Of a DNA stretch of 64,000 nt, positions 39,495 through 49,308 are shown in pieces (position 1 is the stretch's first letter; each line of letters begins with the position of its first letter). The position numbers and the translations under genes are program-made. The DNA lies in contig JACAEX010000032.1 of the NCBI GenBank assembly GCA_013388635.1, forward strand, positions 2,112-66,111, written 5' to 3'. This DNA is from Syntrophaceae bacterium (GTDB taxonomy: Bacteria > Desulfobacterota > BSN033 > UBA1163). The notes below the pieces were generated by a model that saw only the letters and a list, made by a program, of their open reading frames with translations, searched no databases and was not told the origin of the DNA.

Positions 39495-40838
39495 TTGACA
39501 ATCAGTTCGTTTTGGGATATTTTAGTCGATGGAGGTAAGACTTTGAAAAGAAAGAAAGTGTTAATATCTTCCCTTTTTGCCTTATGCTTATTTGTCTCCG
39601 CCATCCAAGGAGGTGCTCAGGAGAAATCGCCTGTCTACGCCGTCGAGGTGGACGGGATCATCAACCCTGCCACAGCCAAATTCATCGTGGAGGCGATCGA
39701 TCAGGCCACCGAGCAAGGCGGCCAGTGCCTGATCATTCAGCTCGATACCCCTGGAGGCCTGATGGAGTCGATGAGGATCATTGTGAAAAAGATCCTCGCC
39801 GCCCATATCCCGATCATCGTCTATGTCGCGCCGAGCGGGGCGAGGGCTGCCTCCGCGGGTGTCTTCATCACCTTGTCCGCACACATTGCTGCGATGGCTC
39901 CCGGTACCCATATTGGAGCCGCCCATCCGGTCACGCTCGGAGAAGGTAAGGAGAGCAAGACCATGTCGGAGAAGATCCTCAACGACACCGTCTCCTATGT
40001 CAAGACCATTGCGAAGACGCGGGGGAGAAACGTGGATTGGGCTGAAAAGGCGGTGAGAAAGAGCGTCTCCATCACCGAGGAGGAGGCGGTCAAACTGAAT
40101 GTGGTCGATTTCATCAGCCCCGATCTTCAGGATCTCCTCACCAGGATCGATGGGAAGGTGGTCAAGTTCGATGGAGTTTCACGGACTCTTCTGACCAAGG
40201 GGGTGAAGCCCCGTTCGATGCAGATGAGCTGGCGCTATCGCCTTCTCGATATCATCTCCAACCCGACGATTGCATACATCCTTCTGATGCTTGGAATCTA
40301 CGGAATCTTTTTCGAACTCTCAAATCCGGGGGCCATCCTTCCCGGAGTGGTGGGCGGTATCTTTCTGATCCTGGCCTTCTATGCGTTGCAGATGCTTCCG
40401 ATCAATTTTGCCGGCCTGGCCCTCATCCTCTTTGCCATCGTCCTCTTCATTGCAGAGATAAAGGTGGTCAGTCACGGACTGTTGGCTGTTGGAGGGGTGA
40501 TCTCACTCTTATTAGGTTCGCTTATGCTGATTGAAACACCAACCGAATATATGAAGATTTCTCTGAGCGTGATCATCCCTGCGGTTCTGGTCAGCGCAGG
40601 ATTCTTCACCTTTGCCGTGACCAAGGCCGTCAAGGCTCGACTATCAAAACCGACGACCGGCATGGAGGGCCTGATTGGCGAGACTGGCGTCGCGGTGACA
40701 AACCTCGCCCCTGAAGGGAAAGTTTCCATCCATGGGGAATACTGGAATGCCATCAGCGAGGAGCCGATAGAAAAAGATCAAAAAGTGGTTGTGGTCTCGG
40801 TGAAGAATTTAAAACTTCAGGTGAAAAAAATAGAATAA
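39495..40838 (+). CDS. NfeD family membrane-bound ClpP-class serine protease (stomatin operon partner)
   Basis: Signal/TM. ClpP-like domain (GGLMESM, SGARAASAG). Four or five TM helices. C-terminal OB-fold (VTNLAPEGKVSIHGEYWNA). Lies immediately upstream of an SPFH gene. Confidence 0.8.
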   Translation: MTISSFWDILVDGGKTLKRKKVLISSLFALCLFVSAIQGGAQEKSPVYAVEVDGIINPATAKFIVEAIDQATEQGGQCLIIQLDTPGGLMESMRIIVKKILAAHIPIIVYVAPSGARAASAGVFITLSAHIAAMAPGTHIGAAHPVTLGEGKESKTMSEKILNDTVSYVKTIAKTRGRNVDWAEKAVRKSVSITEEEAVKLNVVDFISPDLQDLLTRIDGKVVKFDGVSRTLLTKGVKPRSMQMSWRYRLLDIISNPTIAYILLMLGIYGIFFELSNPGAILPGVVGGIFLILAFYALQMLPINFAGLALILFAIVLFIAEIKVVSHGLLAVGGVISLLLGSLMLIETPTEYMKISLSVIIPAVLVSAGFFTFAVTKAVKARLSKPTTGMEGLIGETGVAVTNLAPEGKVSIHGEYWNAISEEPIEKDQKVVVVSVKNLKLQVKKIE

Positions 40839-40850
40839 GGAGGGAACGAG

Positions 40851-41609
40851 ATGGGTGTGACAGGTTTGCCGTCCGGTCTTTTTTTCTTGATCGTCTTTCT
40901 TATCATCTTAGCTGCCTCAGCGATCAAGATCCTCAGGGAGTATGAGCGCGGGGTGATCTTCCGACTGGGAAGGTTGATCGGCGCCAAAGGTCCCGGAATC
41001 TTCTTCATCATCCCCGGCGTGGATAAGATGATCAGGGTCAGCCTGAGATTGGTGACGATGGATATTCCGCCGCAGGATGTGATTACCCGGGACAATGTCT
41101 CCATCAAGGTCAATGCCGTGGTCTACTTCCGCGTCATCGACCCGAACAAGGCGGTGGTGGAGGTGGAGAATTATCTCTATGCCACCTCTCAGCTGGCCCA
41201 GACCACGCTTCGAAGTGTTGTGGGCCAGATGGAGCTGGACGATCTGCTTGCGCACCGGGAGAAGATCAATATGCAGCTTCAGGACATCTTAGACAAACAT
41301 ACCGATCCATGGGGAATCAAGGTCTCGTTAGTGGAAACCAAGGCAGTGGATCTCCCTGAGGAGATGCGGAGAGCGATCGCCCGTCAGGCTGAGGCCGAAA
41401 GGGAAAGGAGAGCCAAAGTCATTCACGCTGAGGGAGAGGCCCAGGCCGCAGAAAAACTGGCTCAGGCGGCCAATGTGATCAGTGTCAATCCTGCTGCCCT
41501 CCAGTTAAGGTTCCTTCAGACCCTGACCGAGGTCGCTACGGAGAAAAATTCGACAACGATCTTCCCTGTTCCGATCGACCTGCTCAAACCGTTTCTCGAG
41601 AAGAAATGA
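40851..41609 (+). CDS. SPFH/band-7 (stomatin-like) protein
   Basis: N-terminal [15 protein letters not shown] and the SPFH core. Coiled-coil [23 protein letters not shown]. Confidence 0.85.
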   Translation: MGVTGLPSGLFFLIVFLIILAASAIKILREYERGVIFRLGRLIGAKGPGIFFIIPGVDKMIRVSLRLVTMDIPPQDVITRDNVSIKVNAVVYFRVIDPNKAVVEVENYLYATSQLAQTTLRSVVGQMELDDLLAHREKINMQLQDILDKHTDPWGIKVSLVETKAVDLPEEMRRAIARQAEAERERRAKVIHAEGEAQAAEKLAQAANVISVNPAALQLRFLQTLTEVATEKNSTTIFPVPIDLLKPFLEKK

Positions 41610-41621
41610 CCTCATCGGATT

Positions 41622-41653
41622 GTGAAGCCCCGACCACCAGGCCGGGGCTTCAC
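41622..41653. terminator. Strong GC hairpin (11-bp perfect stem GTGAAGCCCCG/CGGGGCTTCAC) between convergent genes. No U-tract.
   Basis: Read directly 13 nt after the SPFH stop codon. It could act as a bidirectional terminator or stabiliser, but it lacks the T-run of a canonical intrinsic terminator. Confidence 0.3.
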
Positions 41654-41713
41654 GCCAAGGCAGTATCATTTCAGGGCGAGAACGGACTTGCAGCATACAA
41701 TACAAAATTGATA

Positions 41714-42487
41714 TTACCTTGCCGGGAAGCCCTCGCCCTGTGGGCGAGGAGCTTCACTATTCGACCCCTTGAGGCACCAGTCCACCCTGCTCCATATCCC
41801 CTGTAGGATCCGCACCTCCCTCTCTTCCAGGCCGCTCCTTCCGAAGAGGCGTCTCAGGACCCTCATGATTCTCTTCGGGTTTCTTGCATCCAGAAACCCG
41901 ATGTTGACAAGCGTCTGCTCCATATGTTCGAACATCCCCTCAAGTTGTTCGGCTTTTGCCAGCTCCACAGCAGGCTCCTGACCCGTCACCGTGGACTGAA
42001 AGAGTTCATAGCAGACCACCATCACGGCCTGTGCAAGATTGAGGGAGGGGAAAAGGTTGGATGAAGGGATCTTCGCATAGAGATGGCAGAGGGAGAGCTC
42101 CTCATTGGTCAATCCCTCCTTTTCAGAACCGAAGACCAGCCCGATCAAATTCCCATGAGAAATGGGAACGACCCTCTTCATAAGGGACTTTGGGGTCAGA
42201 AGCGGTCTTCTCTCCTTTCCGGTCCGTGAGGTCGTCCCCACCACGCATCCCATCTCAGAAATCGCTTCTCTCAGGGTTGGAAACTCTTCAGCCCTCTCCA
42301 GGATCTCCTCCGCACCTGAAGCTAACTTATAGGCATTGGCCTGGAGCGGAGAAGGTCCGCCAACCAAGACCAGCCGGTTCAGGCCCATGTTCTTCATCGC
42401 CCTTGCGACCGAGCCGATGTTCTCAGGAAATCTGGGCCTGACCAGGATGATCGAGACGGAATCGAGATTGGCCTTCATGTTTGCCAT
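41714..42487 (-). CDS. SpoU/TrmH-family RNA 2'-O-methyltransferase (TrmJ-like)
   Basis: VILVRPRFPENIGSVARAMKNMG motif 1. SPOUT knot motifs GSEKEGL and LNLAQAV. Confidence 0.75.
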   Translation of the reverse strand: MANMKANLDSVSIILVRPRFPENIGSVARAMKNMGLNRLVLVGGPSPLQANAYKLASGAEEILERAEEFPTLREAISEMGCVVGTTSRTGKERRPLLTPKSLMKRVVPISHGNLIGLVFGSEKEGLTNEELSLCHLYAKIPSSNLFPSLNLAQAVMVVCYELFQSTVTGQEPAVELAKAEQLEGMFEHMEQTLVNIGFLDARNPKRIMRVLRRLFGRSGLEEREVRILQGIWSRVDWCLKGSNSEAPRPQGEGFPAR

Positions 42488-42507
42488 TATATCGTTTTCA
42501 ATCGACC

Positions 42508-42536
42508 TTGACTATCTATATTTTTTATCTTATCTT
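42508..42536 (+). promoter_or_regulatory. Putative sigma-70 promoter: TTGACT - 17 nt - TATCTT
   Basis: Lies in the divergent intergenic region upstream of the DegT-family gene. Spacing and the -35 element are good; the -10 element is moderate. Confidence 0.3.
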
Positions 42537-42568
42537 CAACTCCACAGTTTTGATGGAAAGGACCGTGG

Positions 42569-43705
42569 ATGAGAGTCCCTTTTTTCGACCTCAAAGCCCA
42601 GTTCTCTTCGATCGAGGGGGAGATCAAGGCCGCTCTCGATCAGGTCTTTCAGAACCAGCAGTTCATACTGGGACCAGAGGTAGAGGCCCTCGAACGCACC
42701 ATCGCCCAGTACTGTGGGACGAAATATTCCATTGGCGTAGCCTCTGGCTCCGATGCCCTCCTGCTCTCGCTCATGGCCCTGGGGATTGGAAGTGGGGATG
42801 AAGTCATCCTGCCCCCGTTTACCTTTTTCGCCACTGCTGGATCTGTTTCGCGCATCGGAGCCATTCCCGTCTTTGTCGACATTGATCCCGATACCCTCAA
42901 CATCGATCCCTTTAAGATCGAGGAGAAGATCACGCCCAAAACAAAAGCGATCATCCCTGTCCATCTCTTCGGACAGTGTGCAGATATGGGACCTCTTCTT
43001 GAGATCGCCAGGGCAAAGAACCTCTTTGTAATCGAAGATGCGGCTCAGGCTCTGGGAGCTGAGTATAAACCCAATCTTCATGCTCCAGGAAGAAGGGCCG
43101 GGCAGATGGGTGATCTGGGCTGCCTCTCCTTCTACCCGACAAAGAACCTTGGGGCCTTCGGAGATGCCGGGATGATTGTGACCGACGATCGCCAGCTGGC
43201 CGAGAAGATTCGCCTCCTGAGAACCCATGGAAGCCAGCCCAAGTACTTTCACAAATGGGTAGGAATCAACAGTCGGCTCGATACGATCCAGGCAACCATC
43301 CTTCTGGTCAAGTTCAGGTATCTCGAGAAATGGACTGGAGAAAGGCAGAAGAGGGCGAGGAGATATGGAGAACTCCTCCAGGATCTCCTTCCTTCAGTGC
43401 CGGGTTTTAGGCTCCCGACGACTCAGTATCAGAACCGCCACATCTTCAACCAATACGTGATCCGGGTGCCGGAGAGAAACCGGCTCAGGGAATTTCTCAC
43501 CGAGCATGGGATCGGAACGGACATCTACTATCCCCTGTCGCTCCACCTTCAGGAATGTTTCTCCTCTCTGAAGTACCATCGGGGAGACTTCCCCATATCT
43601 GAGAAGGCCTCGGAAGAGGTCCTGGCCCTGCCGATCTTTCCTGAGTTGACCGAAGACCAGCAGACATACATAGTTGACCGGATCAAGGCGTTCTATAAAC
43701 GTTAG
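42569..43705 (+). CDS. DegT/DnrJ/EryC1/StrS-family PLP-dependent sugar aminotransferase (ArnB/WecE-like)
   Basis: FEQ...YCG N-terminal region. PLP lysine context in LSFYPTKNLGAFGDAG. 378 aa. Confidence 0.85.
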   Translation: MRVPFFDLKAQFSSIEGEIKAALDQVFQNQQFILGPEVEALERTIAQYCGTKYSIGVASGSDALLLSLMALGIGSGDEVILPPFTFFATAGSVSRIGAIPVFVDIDPDTLNIDPFKIEEKITPKTKAIIPVHLFGQCADMGPLLEIARAKNLFVIEDAAQALGAEYKPNLHAPGRRAGQMGDLGCLSFYPTKNLGAFGDAGMIVTDDRQLAEKIRLLRTHGSQPKYFHKWVGINSRLDTIQATILLVKFRYLEKWTGERQKRARRYGELLQDLLPSVPGFRLPTTQYQNRHIFNQYVIRVPERNRLREFLTEHGIGTDIYYPLSLHLQECFSSLKYHRGDFPISEKASEEVLALPIFPELTEDQQTYIVDRIKAFYKR

Positions 43706-43764
43706 CCCGACCGCATCCTTCCCTCCCTCGTGGGAACGGAAGGGACAGAGGTGAAAACCCACAT

Positions 43765-45093
43765 ATGAAAGGAAAGACCCTCAAGCAACTTCTTGAAAGG
43801 ATCCTTGAGAAAAATGCGCTCGTGGGAATTATCGGCATGGGTTATGTTGGTCTTCCTCTGGTCCTGAGGTTCTGTGAAGAAGGGTTCCGCGTGCTGGGAT
43901 TTGATGTAGATTCGGTGAAGGTAGATCGATTGAGGAAAGGAAGAAGCTACTTAAAGTCGATCCCATCCTCTCGGATTTCTCAATTTCTTCGGAACGGCCT
44001 TTTCGATGTGACCGCCGACTTCTCACGCCTCAGCGAACCCGACTGCATCCTGATCTGCGTCCCAACCCCGTTAACTGAGAAGATGGAACCCGATTTACAG
44101 TATATTGAGAAGACGACAGAGGCGATCAGGGCCCGTTTGAGGAAAGGACAATTGATCATATTGGAGAGCACCAGTTACCCGGGAACGACCGAGGAGCTGA
44201 TCCTCCCGCGATTGGAATCGACCGGGTTGAGAGTGGGAAAGGACTTCTCTCTCGCATTCTCTCCGGAAAGGGAGGATCCGGGGAATAAGCGATTCACCAC
44301 CCAACTGATTCCAAAGGTGGTGGCCGGCGTGACGGCCTCCTGCCAGAAAGCTGCAGTCTCTCTCTACCGGCAGATCATCCAGAAGGTAATCCCAGTCTCA
44401 TCCACACGGGTGGCTGAATTGACCAAATTGCTCGAGAATATCTATCGCAGTGTCAATATCGCTCTGGTCAACGAATTGAAGATGCTGACCGACCGGATGG
44501 GGATCGACATCTGGGAGGTGATCGAGGCGGCGAGCACCAAACCTTTTGGGTTTTCACCTTTCTATCCGGGGCCAGGCATGGGCGGCCACTGCATTCCCAT
44601 CGATCCCTTCTATCTTTCCTGGAAGGCCAAGGAATATGATTTCACAACCCGATTTATCCAGCTGGCCGGAGAGATCAATGTCTCGATGCCTTATTACGTG
44701 GTCTCCAAAATTCTGGATGCCCTGAATGAGAGGAAGAAAAGTATCCGGGGGTCAAAGATCCTGATCCTTGGTGTGGCGTATAAGAAGGACGTGGACGATG
44801 CCAGGGAATCGCCTGCCTTGGCCATCATGGACCTCCTCCAGCAGAAGGGGGCCAACATCCTTTATCACGATCCCTATATCCCTGTTCTCCCCCCTTTCAG
44901 GAAATACCAATTCAAATTGAAATCATCTTCGCTCACAGAACGACTGCTTCGCGCCATGGATGCGGTGGTCGTGGTTACAGACCATAGCCAGATTGACTAT
45001 CCGTGGGTGGTCAGGCATGCCCCGCTCATCATCGACACCAGGAATGTAACAAAGAATATGAAACAATGGAAGAAAAAGATCGTCAAGGCCTGA
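43765..45093 (+). CDS. Nucleotide-sugar dehydrogenase (UDP-N-acetyl-D-mannosamine/glucosamine dehydrogenase family)
   Basis: Rossmann GIIGMGYVGLP. Central catalytic Cys context (GGHCIP). C-terminal UDP-binding domain. Confidence 0.85.
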   Translation: MKGKTLKQLLERILEKNALVGIIGMGYVGLPLVLRFCEEGFRVLGFDVDSVKVDRLRKGRSYLKSIPSSRISQFLRNGLFDVTADFSRLSEPDCILICVPTPLTEKMEPDLQYIEKTTEAIRARLRKGQLIILESTSYPGTTEELILPRLESTGLRVGKDFSLAFSPEREDPGNKRFTTQLIPKVVAGVTASCQKAAVSLYRQIIQKVIPVSSTRVAELTKLLENIYRSVNIALVNELKMLTDRMGIDIWEVIEAASTKPFGFSPFYPGPGMGGHCIPIDPFYLSWKAKEYDFTTRFIQLAGEINVSMPYYVVSKILDALNERKKSIRGSKILILGVAYKKDVDDARESPALAIMDLLQQKGANILYHDPYIPVLPPFRKYQFKLKSSSLTERLLRAMDAVVVVTDHSQIDYPWVVRHAPLIIDTRNVTKNMKQWKKKIVKA

Positions 45094-45177
45094 TCAAATA
45101 TTTTAAATCCTGAGTAGAACAAAACCAACCATCGACCTCTTTCCCCAGAGACCAGCGCTCTCTCACTCTTAACCTGA

Positions 45178-45615
45178 TCACATCGCCTCCAGTACGATCG
45201 TCACCTTGCCATCAGGAAGAATCTGAGGAGAGGCCTTTAACTTCATTCCGACCCGGATCTTCTGGATCTCCATCTTTGGCATCCAGCCCATGATCCGTAA
45301 ACCTTCCTCCACCTCCAAAATCCCGATTGGACAGGGCTCGAATTGGACGGTCGAAAAGGGCATCAGAGGCTGCCGAAGAGCGAAGTGTTCGGGCGGCACA
45401 TAAATCTTTGTGAAGGTCACCAGGCTCCCTTCTCCCTTGATCGGTTTCCACTCCATCTCGCTTCCCATACAGTGTGAACAATCAGCCCTCGGTGGATAAT
45501 ACTTCTTTCCGCACCCCCTGCAAACGGTCATCATGATCCTTCCTTCGGCAAGGTCCTTGGCAAATCGGCCCACCTTTGTCTGGCTGAAAGCCAGAGAGAA
45601 GTCCTTGAACTCCAT
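45178..45615 (-). CDS. DUF35-family Zn-ribbon + OB-fold protein (thiolase-associated scaffold subunit)
   Basis: CRGCGKKYYPPRADCSHC zinc ribbon followed by an OB fold. Start codon is 1 nt after the stop of the upstream thiolase. Confidence 0.7.
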   Translation of the reverse strand: MEFKDFSLAFSQTKVGRFAKDLAEGRIMMTVCRGCGKKYYPPRADCSHCMGSEMEWKPIKGEGSLVTFTKIYVPPEHFALRQPLMPFSTVQFEPCPIGILEVEEGLRIMGWMPKMEIQKIRVGMKLKASPQILPDGKVTIVLEAM

Positions 45616-45616
45616 C

Positions 45617-46774
45617 TCATTCCCTCCTGAAGATGTGAACGGCAGCCACCTGGCCGGTCCCTCCCACATTATGGGTAAGGCCGATCTCCGCATCCTTCAC
45701 CTGTCTCTGACCGGCCTCTCCTCTCAACTGCTTTGTGATTTCGATAGCCATCGAAACCCCGGTCGCTCCAAGGGGGTGGCCCTTCGATTTCAATCCGCCA
45801 TCCACATTGACCGGAGTCCTTCCATCGACATACGTCTCCTTCGCCTCGATCAGCTTTCCCCCTTCCCCCTTCTCGCAAAAGCCGAGATCCTCGTAGGCAA
45901 CAATCTCTGCAATCGTAAAACAGTCATGGACCGTGGCCACATCGATGTCCGCCGGACCCACACCTGCCATCTGATAGGCAATTCTGGCAGCCTCCCGGGA
46001 CGCTGCGATTGAAGTCAAAGACTCTCTCTCAGTGATTCGCATCGTGTCCGTGGCAAGGCCAAGGCCTGCGATCCAGACCGGCTTTGTCGAGATGGTTTTC
46101 GCCCTCTCTTCAGATGCAAGAAGAACCGCTGCTGCCCCATCCGTGATCAAACTGCAATCAAAAAGCTTCAACGGGTGGGCGACCGTAAAGGAGGTCAGCG
46201 CCTTCTCCAGGGTGACCTCCTTTTGCATGTGAGCAAAGGGATTGAGATGGCCATAGTAATGGTTCTTAACCGCAACCATGGCCATCTGTTCCTCTGTGGT
46301 CCCATATTCAGCCATGTGGGCATTTGCCATCATGGCATAATAACCCGGGAAGGTCGTTCCAAAAGGGTATTCCCACATGGAATCGCCACCCCTTCCCATA
46401 ATCTCTGTGGCCACGCTGGTCGGAACCTCGGTCATCTTCTCCACGCCCACCACGAGAACGAGATCGGCCAGGCCCGAGGCCACATTCATCCACCCTGTCC
46501 TCAAAGCCATGCTTCCAGTGGCGCAGGCACCCTCGACCCGAAAATTGGGTTTGGGATAGAATCCGATATAGTCGTGCACCTGGGCAGAGGGCTGAAGGGC
46601 AAGAGAAAATTCATCTCCTGCGATGCCTGTCACCATGCTGTCCACTTCTTTCAGGGAAACACCCGCGTCGTCCAAACAGGCCTTCACTGCCTCAAAAGTC
46701 AGTTCCCTGAGGGAGGCATCCGATCTCACGCCGAACTTTCCATGACCGATTCCAACGATTGCCACCCGTTTCAT
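45617..46774 (-). CDS. Thiolase-family protein (SCP-x/archaeal acetoacetyl-CoA thiolase type)
   Basis: VAIVGIGHGKFG N-terminus. Active-site Cys in EGACATGSMAL. C-terminal His and Cys (GHPLGATG). 385 aa. Confidence 0.85.
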   Translation of the reverse strand: MKRVAIVGIGHGKFGVRSDASLRELTFEAVKACLDDAGVSLKEVDSMVTGIAGDEFSLALQPSAQVHDYIGFYPKPNFRVEGACATGSMALRTGWMNVASGLADLVLVVGVEKMTEVPTSVATEIMGRGGDSMWEYPFGTTFPGYYAMMANAHMAEYGTTEEQMAMVAVKNHYYGHLNPFAHMQKEVTLEKALTSFTVAHPLKLFDCSLITDGAAAVLLASEERAKTISTKPVWIAGLGLATDTMRITERESLTSIAASREAARIAYQMAGVGPADIDVATVHDCFTIAEIVAYEDLGFCEKGEGGKLIEAKETYVDGRTPVNVDGGLKSKGHPLGATGVSMAIEITKQLRGEAGQRQVKDAEIGLTHNVGGTGQVAAVHIFRRE

Positions 46775-46845
46775 ACCTTCTTCTATCCTCTCTTTCCGAT
46801 CGCCACGCTGGCGATTTCATTCTTTTGAATGCGGGGCTTGCCTTC

Positions 46846-48363
46846 TCAGGCCTGCCTGCCACCATAGAGCGTCTTCACCTTCTCTCGATCGATCGAACCA
46901 TCCTCTCTCTTCGGAAGGGATTCCACAAATTGAACATAGCCCGGTTTTTTATAGCGTGCGATCCGGCCTCCCACAAAATCGATCAATTCCTGCTCTGTCA
47001 ATCTCATATTCGGTTTTAAGACGCAGACCGCCTTAACTCCTTCGCCGAACTTGGGATCGGGCACCCCAAAAACTGAAACCTCCTTGACGCTCGGATGCTC
47101 AAGGATCACCTTCTCAACCTCCACGGGATACACATTTTCACCGCCGGGCTTGATCAATTCTTTTTCAGCCTTTCTCCCTGCAAACCATAAATAGCCATCC
47201 TCATCGAGGCGGCCCGTATCTCCTGTATGATGCCAGCCATCTCGAAAAGTATGCCTGCTCAACTCCTCCTCTCCCCAGTATCCCAGGAAAACCAATGGAC
47301 CTCGGACCACGATTTCACCCACCTGACCAGTCTCGACCTCATGGTCAAACTCATCCACGATCTTCATCCTCACCAGAAGGCCGGCTTTTCCTGCGCATCC
47401 TGGCCTTTCCCGATTTGAACAGACGCTGGTCAGGCCCATGGTCTCTGTCTGGCCATAGGCCAGCCAGAATTGGCCATGGCCAAGGCTTTCAAATCTCTTG
47501 ACGGTCTCCTGAGAATCGACACCGAATATGTGCTTCAGGGAGAAGAGGGTGAACTCGCCCTTGGCCTGTTCATCGAGCAGCTGCAGGAGAATCGGTGGAA
47601 AGTCGCCGATCAGGGTGATCTTCTCCTGATCGATCATCTTCCCTGCAGCCTTCGGATCGAACTTTGAAATCATCACATTTCGGCCTCCCGCATGCATCAT
47701 CATCAGGGCCCCGATCATCCCTCCGATATGAAAGAGAGGAAGGATATTCAGATACGAGTCTTCAGGCGTGAGGCCCATGAGAGCGATATTTTGAATGGTA
47801 CAGAAGATCAGATTATGTTGGCTGATCATCGCCCCGCGAGGTCTTCCCTGAACTGCAGCGGTGTGCATGATCACAAAGGGATCATCGCCACTCAGTTCAA
47901 CAGGGTCTGCTGGCGAGGCCTTCAGCAACGAGTCGAAGGCGATGAAGTCTGCCCCTCCAGGTCCGAAGGTCACAAACTCCCTGAGGGAAGGACATCTCCC
48001 TCGAATTTCCGTAATCATCTTCTCGAAATCCGGATCCACCACCATCATCACCGGTTGGGTATTGGTCAGATTGTAGATCACCTCCTCAGCCGAGAGCCGG
48101 AAGTTGATCGGAACCATGGTAGCTCCTGTGCAGGCGATGCCGCCCATTAAAGGAAAGAACTGGGGGTAGTTCTTGGCCAAGATAGCGATCCGGTCGCCTC
48201 TCTTTATCCCTCTCTGAATCAAGCCTCCTGCCACCCGGTTGGCCTGGTCAAAAAGCTCTCCGTATGTGGTCTGCCTGCTCTCTGCCACGATGGCTGTTCT
48301 GTCTTTATAGAGCCTCGCATTCCTCTTAAAAATATCATAGATCGTAAAATCACGAATATTCAT
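46846..48363 (-). CDS. AMP-dependent synthetase/ligase (acyl-CoA synthetase)
   Basis: AMP motif region. TGDTGRLDEDGYLWFAGR. C-terminal lysine. 505 aa. Confidence 0.85.
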   Translation of the reverse strand: MNIRDFTIYDIFKRNARLYKDRTAIVAESRQTTYGELFDQANRVAGGLIQRGIKRGDRIAILAKNYPQFFPLMGGIACTGATMVPINFRLSAEEVIYNLTNTQPVMMVVDPDFEKMITEIRGRCPSLREFVTFGPGGADFIAFDSLLKASPADPVELSGDDPFVIMHTAAVQGRPRGAMISQHNLIFCTIQNIALMGLTPEDSYLNILPLFHIGGMIGALMMMHAGGRNVMISKFDPKAAGKMIDQEKITLIGDFPPILLQLLDEQAKGEFTLFSLKHIFGVDSQETVKRFESLGHGQFWLAYGQTETMGLTSVCSNRERPGCAGKAGLLVRMKIVDEFDHEVETGQVGEIVVRGPLVFLGYWGEEELSRHTFRDGWHHTGDTGRLDEDGYLWFAGRKAEKELIKPGGENVYPVEVEKVILEHPSVKEVSVFGVPDPKFGEGVKAVCVLKPNMRLTEQELIDFVGGRIARYKKPGYVQFVESLPKREDGSIDREKVKTLYGGRQA

Positions 48364-48390
48364 CTGGCCTCCGCCTCCCTTCTCTTTACG

Positions 48391-49248
48391 TCAATAGACG
48401 ATCCCAGCGTACCCCACAAAGCTGCTGTCCGGCATGATGTCATAACTGGTGTAGTAATCGAGGAGAATCCCTTTTTCCGCACCCATTGCCTTGCAAGTTG
48501 CTATGGCAGAGGCTGCTGCACCTGCGCTACAGGCGCTGTCATTCTCCAGTGTGTGGTTGATCAGACCTTCCGCATCCATTCTTAATGCACGATCGATAAA
48601 TCCTTTGTCATTCTCCCTTTTCACCCAATCGACTGCAGAGGGCCCGGTCCCCTTCGAGAGAAACCCGTAGTTCGGACCGTAATGCGTCAGATCGGTCGAT
48701 CCGATCGCAAGGATCGAAATCCCCTCCTTATTTGCAACCTCAGCCACTGCCTCTCCTAAGGCCCTGGCCCTCGGTGAAAGCGGCGATCGGACGGCGAGGA
48801 GCCTTGCTTCAGGGAAGAAATGCTTGACCATGGCCAGCTGGATCTCAATGGTGTTGTCACCGCTGGACGGGTTCTCCTTTTTCGTCTCAATCTCCTTCAT
48901 CACCTTCTCTACCAAATCGGTGGCGATCTCGATGTCGCCCAATGGGGTCTCCCATCTCTCCTCGGTCACAACCCGGGGAAGGTCCTCAGAAGAGAGGTGG
49001 CCTCCGTAGAGGACGACCACATCGACCTCCCTTTTTCTCTTCAATAGATCGAAGACCCTCGCAGCCAGTTTTCCGGAAAAATACCAGCCCGCATGGGGAA
49101 CAATTCCACCCAGACCTTTAACCGGTAGGTCAGGAGGTGACCATTCTTCTAAGAAGGAGACGATCTCCCGTTCACAATCCCTTCTATCCCATGGATACCA
49201 TCCCCTTGGCAAGCTCCTCTTTCTACGGTTCATCTTTCTCACCTCCAC
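48391..49248 (-). CDS. MEMO1-family protein (AmmeMemoRadiSam system protein B-like)
   Basis: GIVPHAGWYFSG and GSTDLTHYGPNYGF, the hallmark Memo motifs. No AMMECR1 or radical-SAM partner genes are adjacent. Confidence 0.7.
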   Translation of the reverse strand: MEVRKMNRRKRSLPRGWYPWDRRDCEREIVSFLEEWSPPDLPVKGLGGIVPHAGWYFSGKLAARVFDLLKRKREVDVVVLYGGHLSSEDLPRVVTEERWETPLGDIEIATDLVEKVMKEIETKKENPSSGDNTIEIQLAMVKHFFPEARLLAVRSPLSPRARALGEAVAEVANKEGISILAIGSTDLTHYGPNYGFLSKGTGPSAVDWVKRENDKGFIDRALRMDAEGLINHTLENDSACSAGAAASAIATCKAMGAEKGILLDYYTSYDIMPDSSFVGYAGIVY

Positions 49249-49308
49249 CCTCTGAGTTATCAGTTCGGAGTTCAGAGTTTGGAGCTCAAAAGGAGAAACA
49301 CCGAACTG

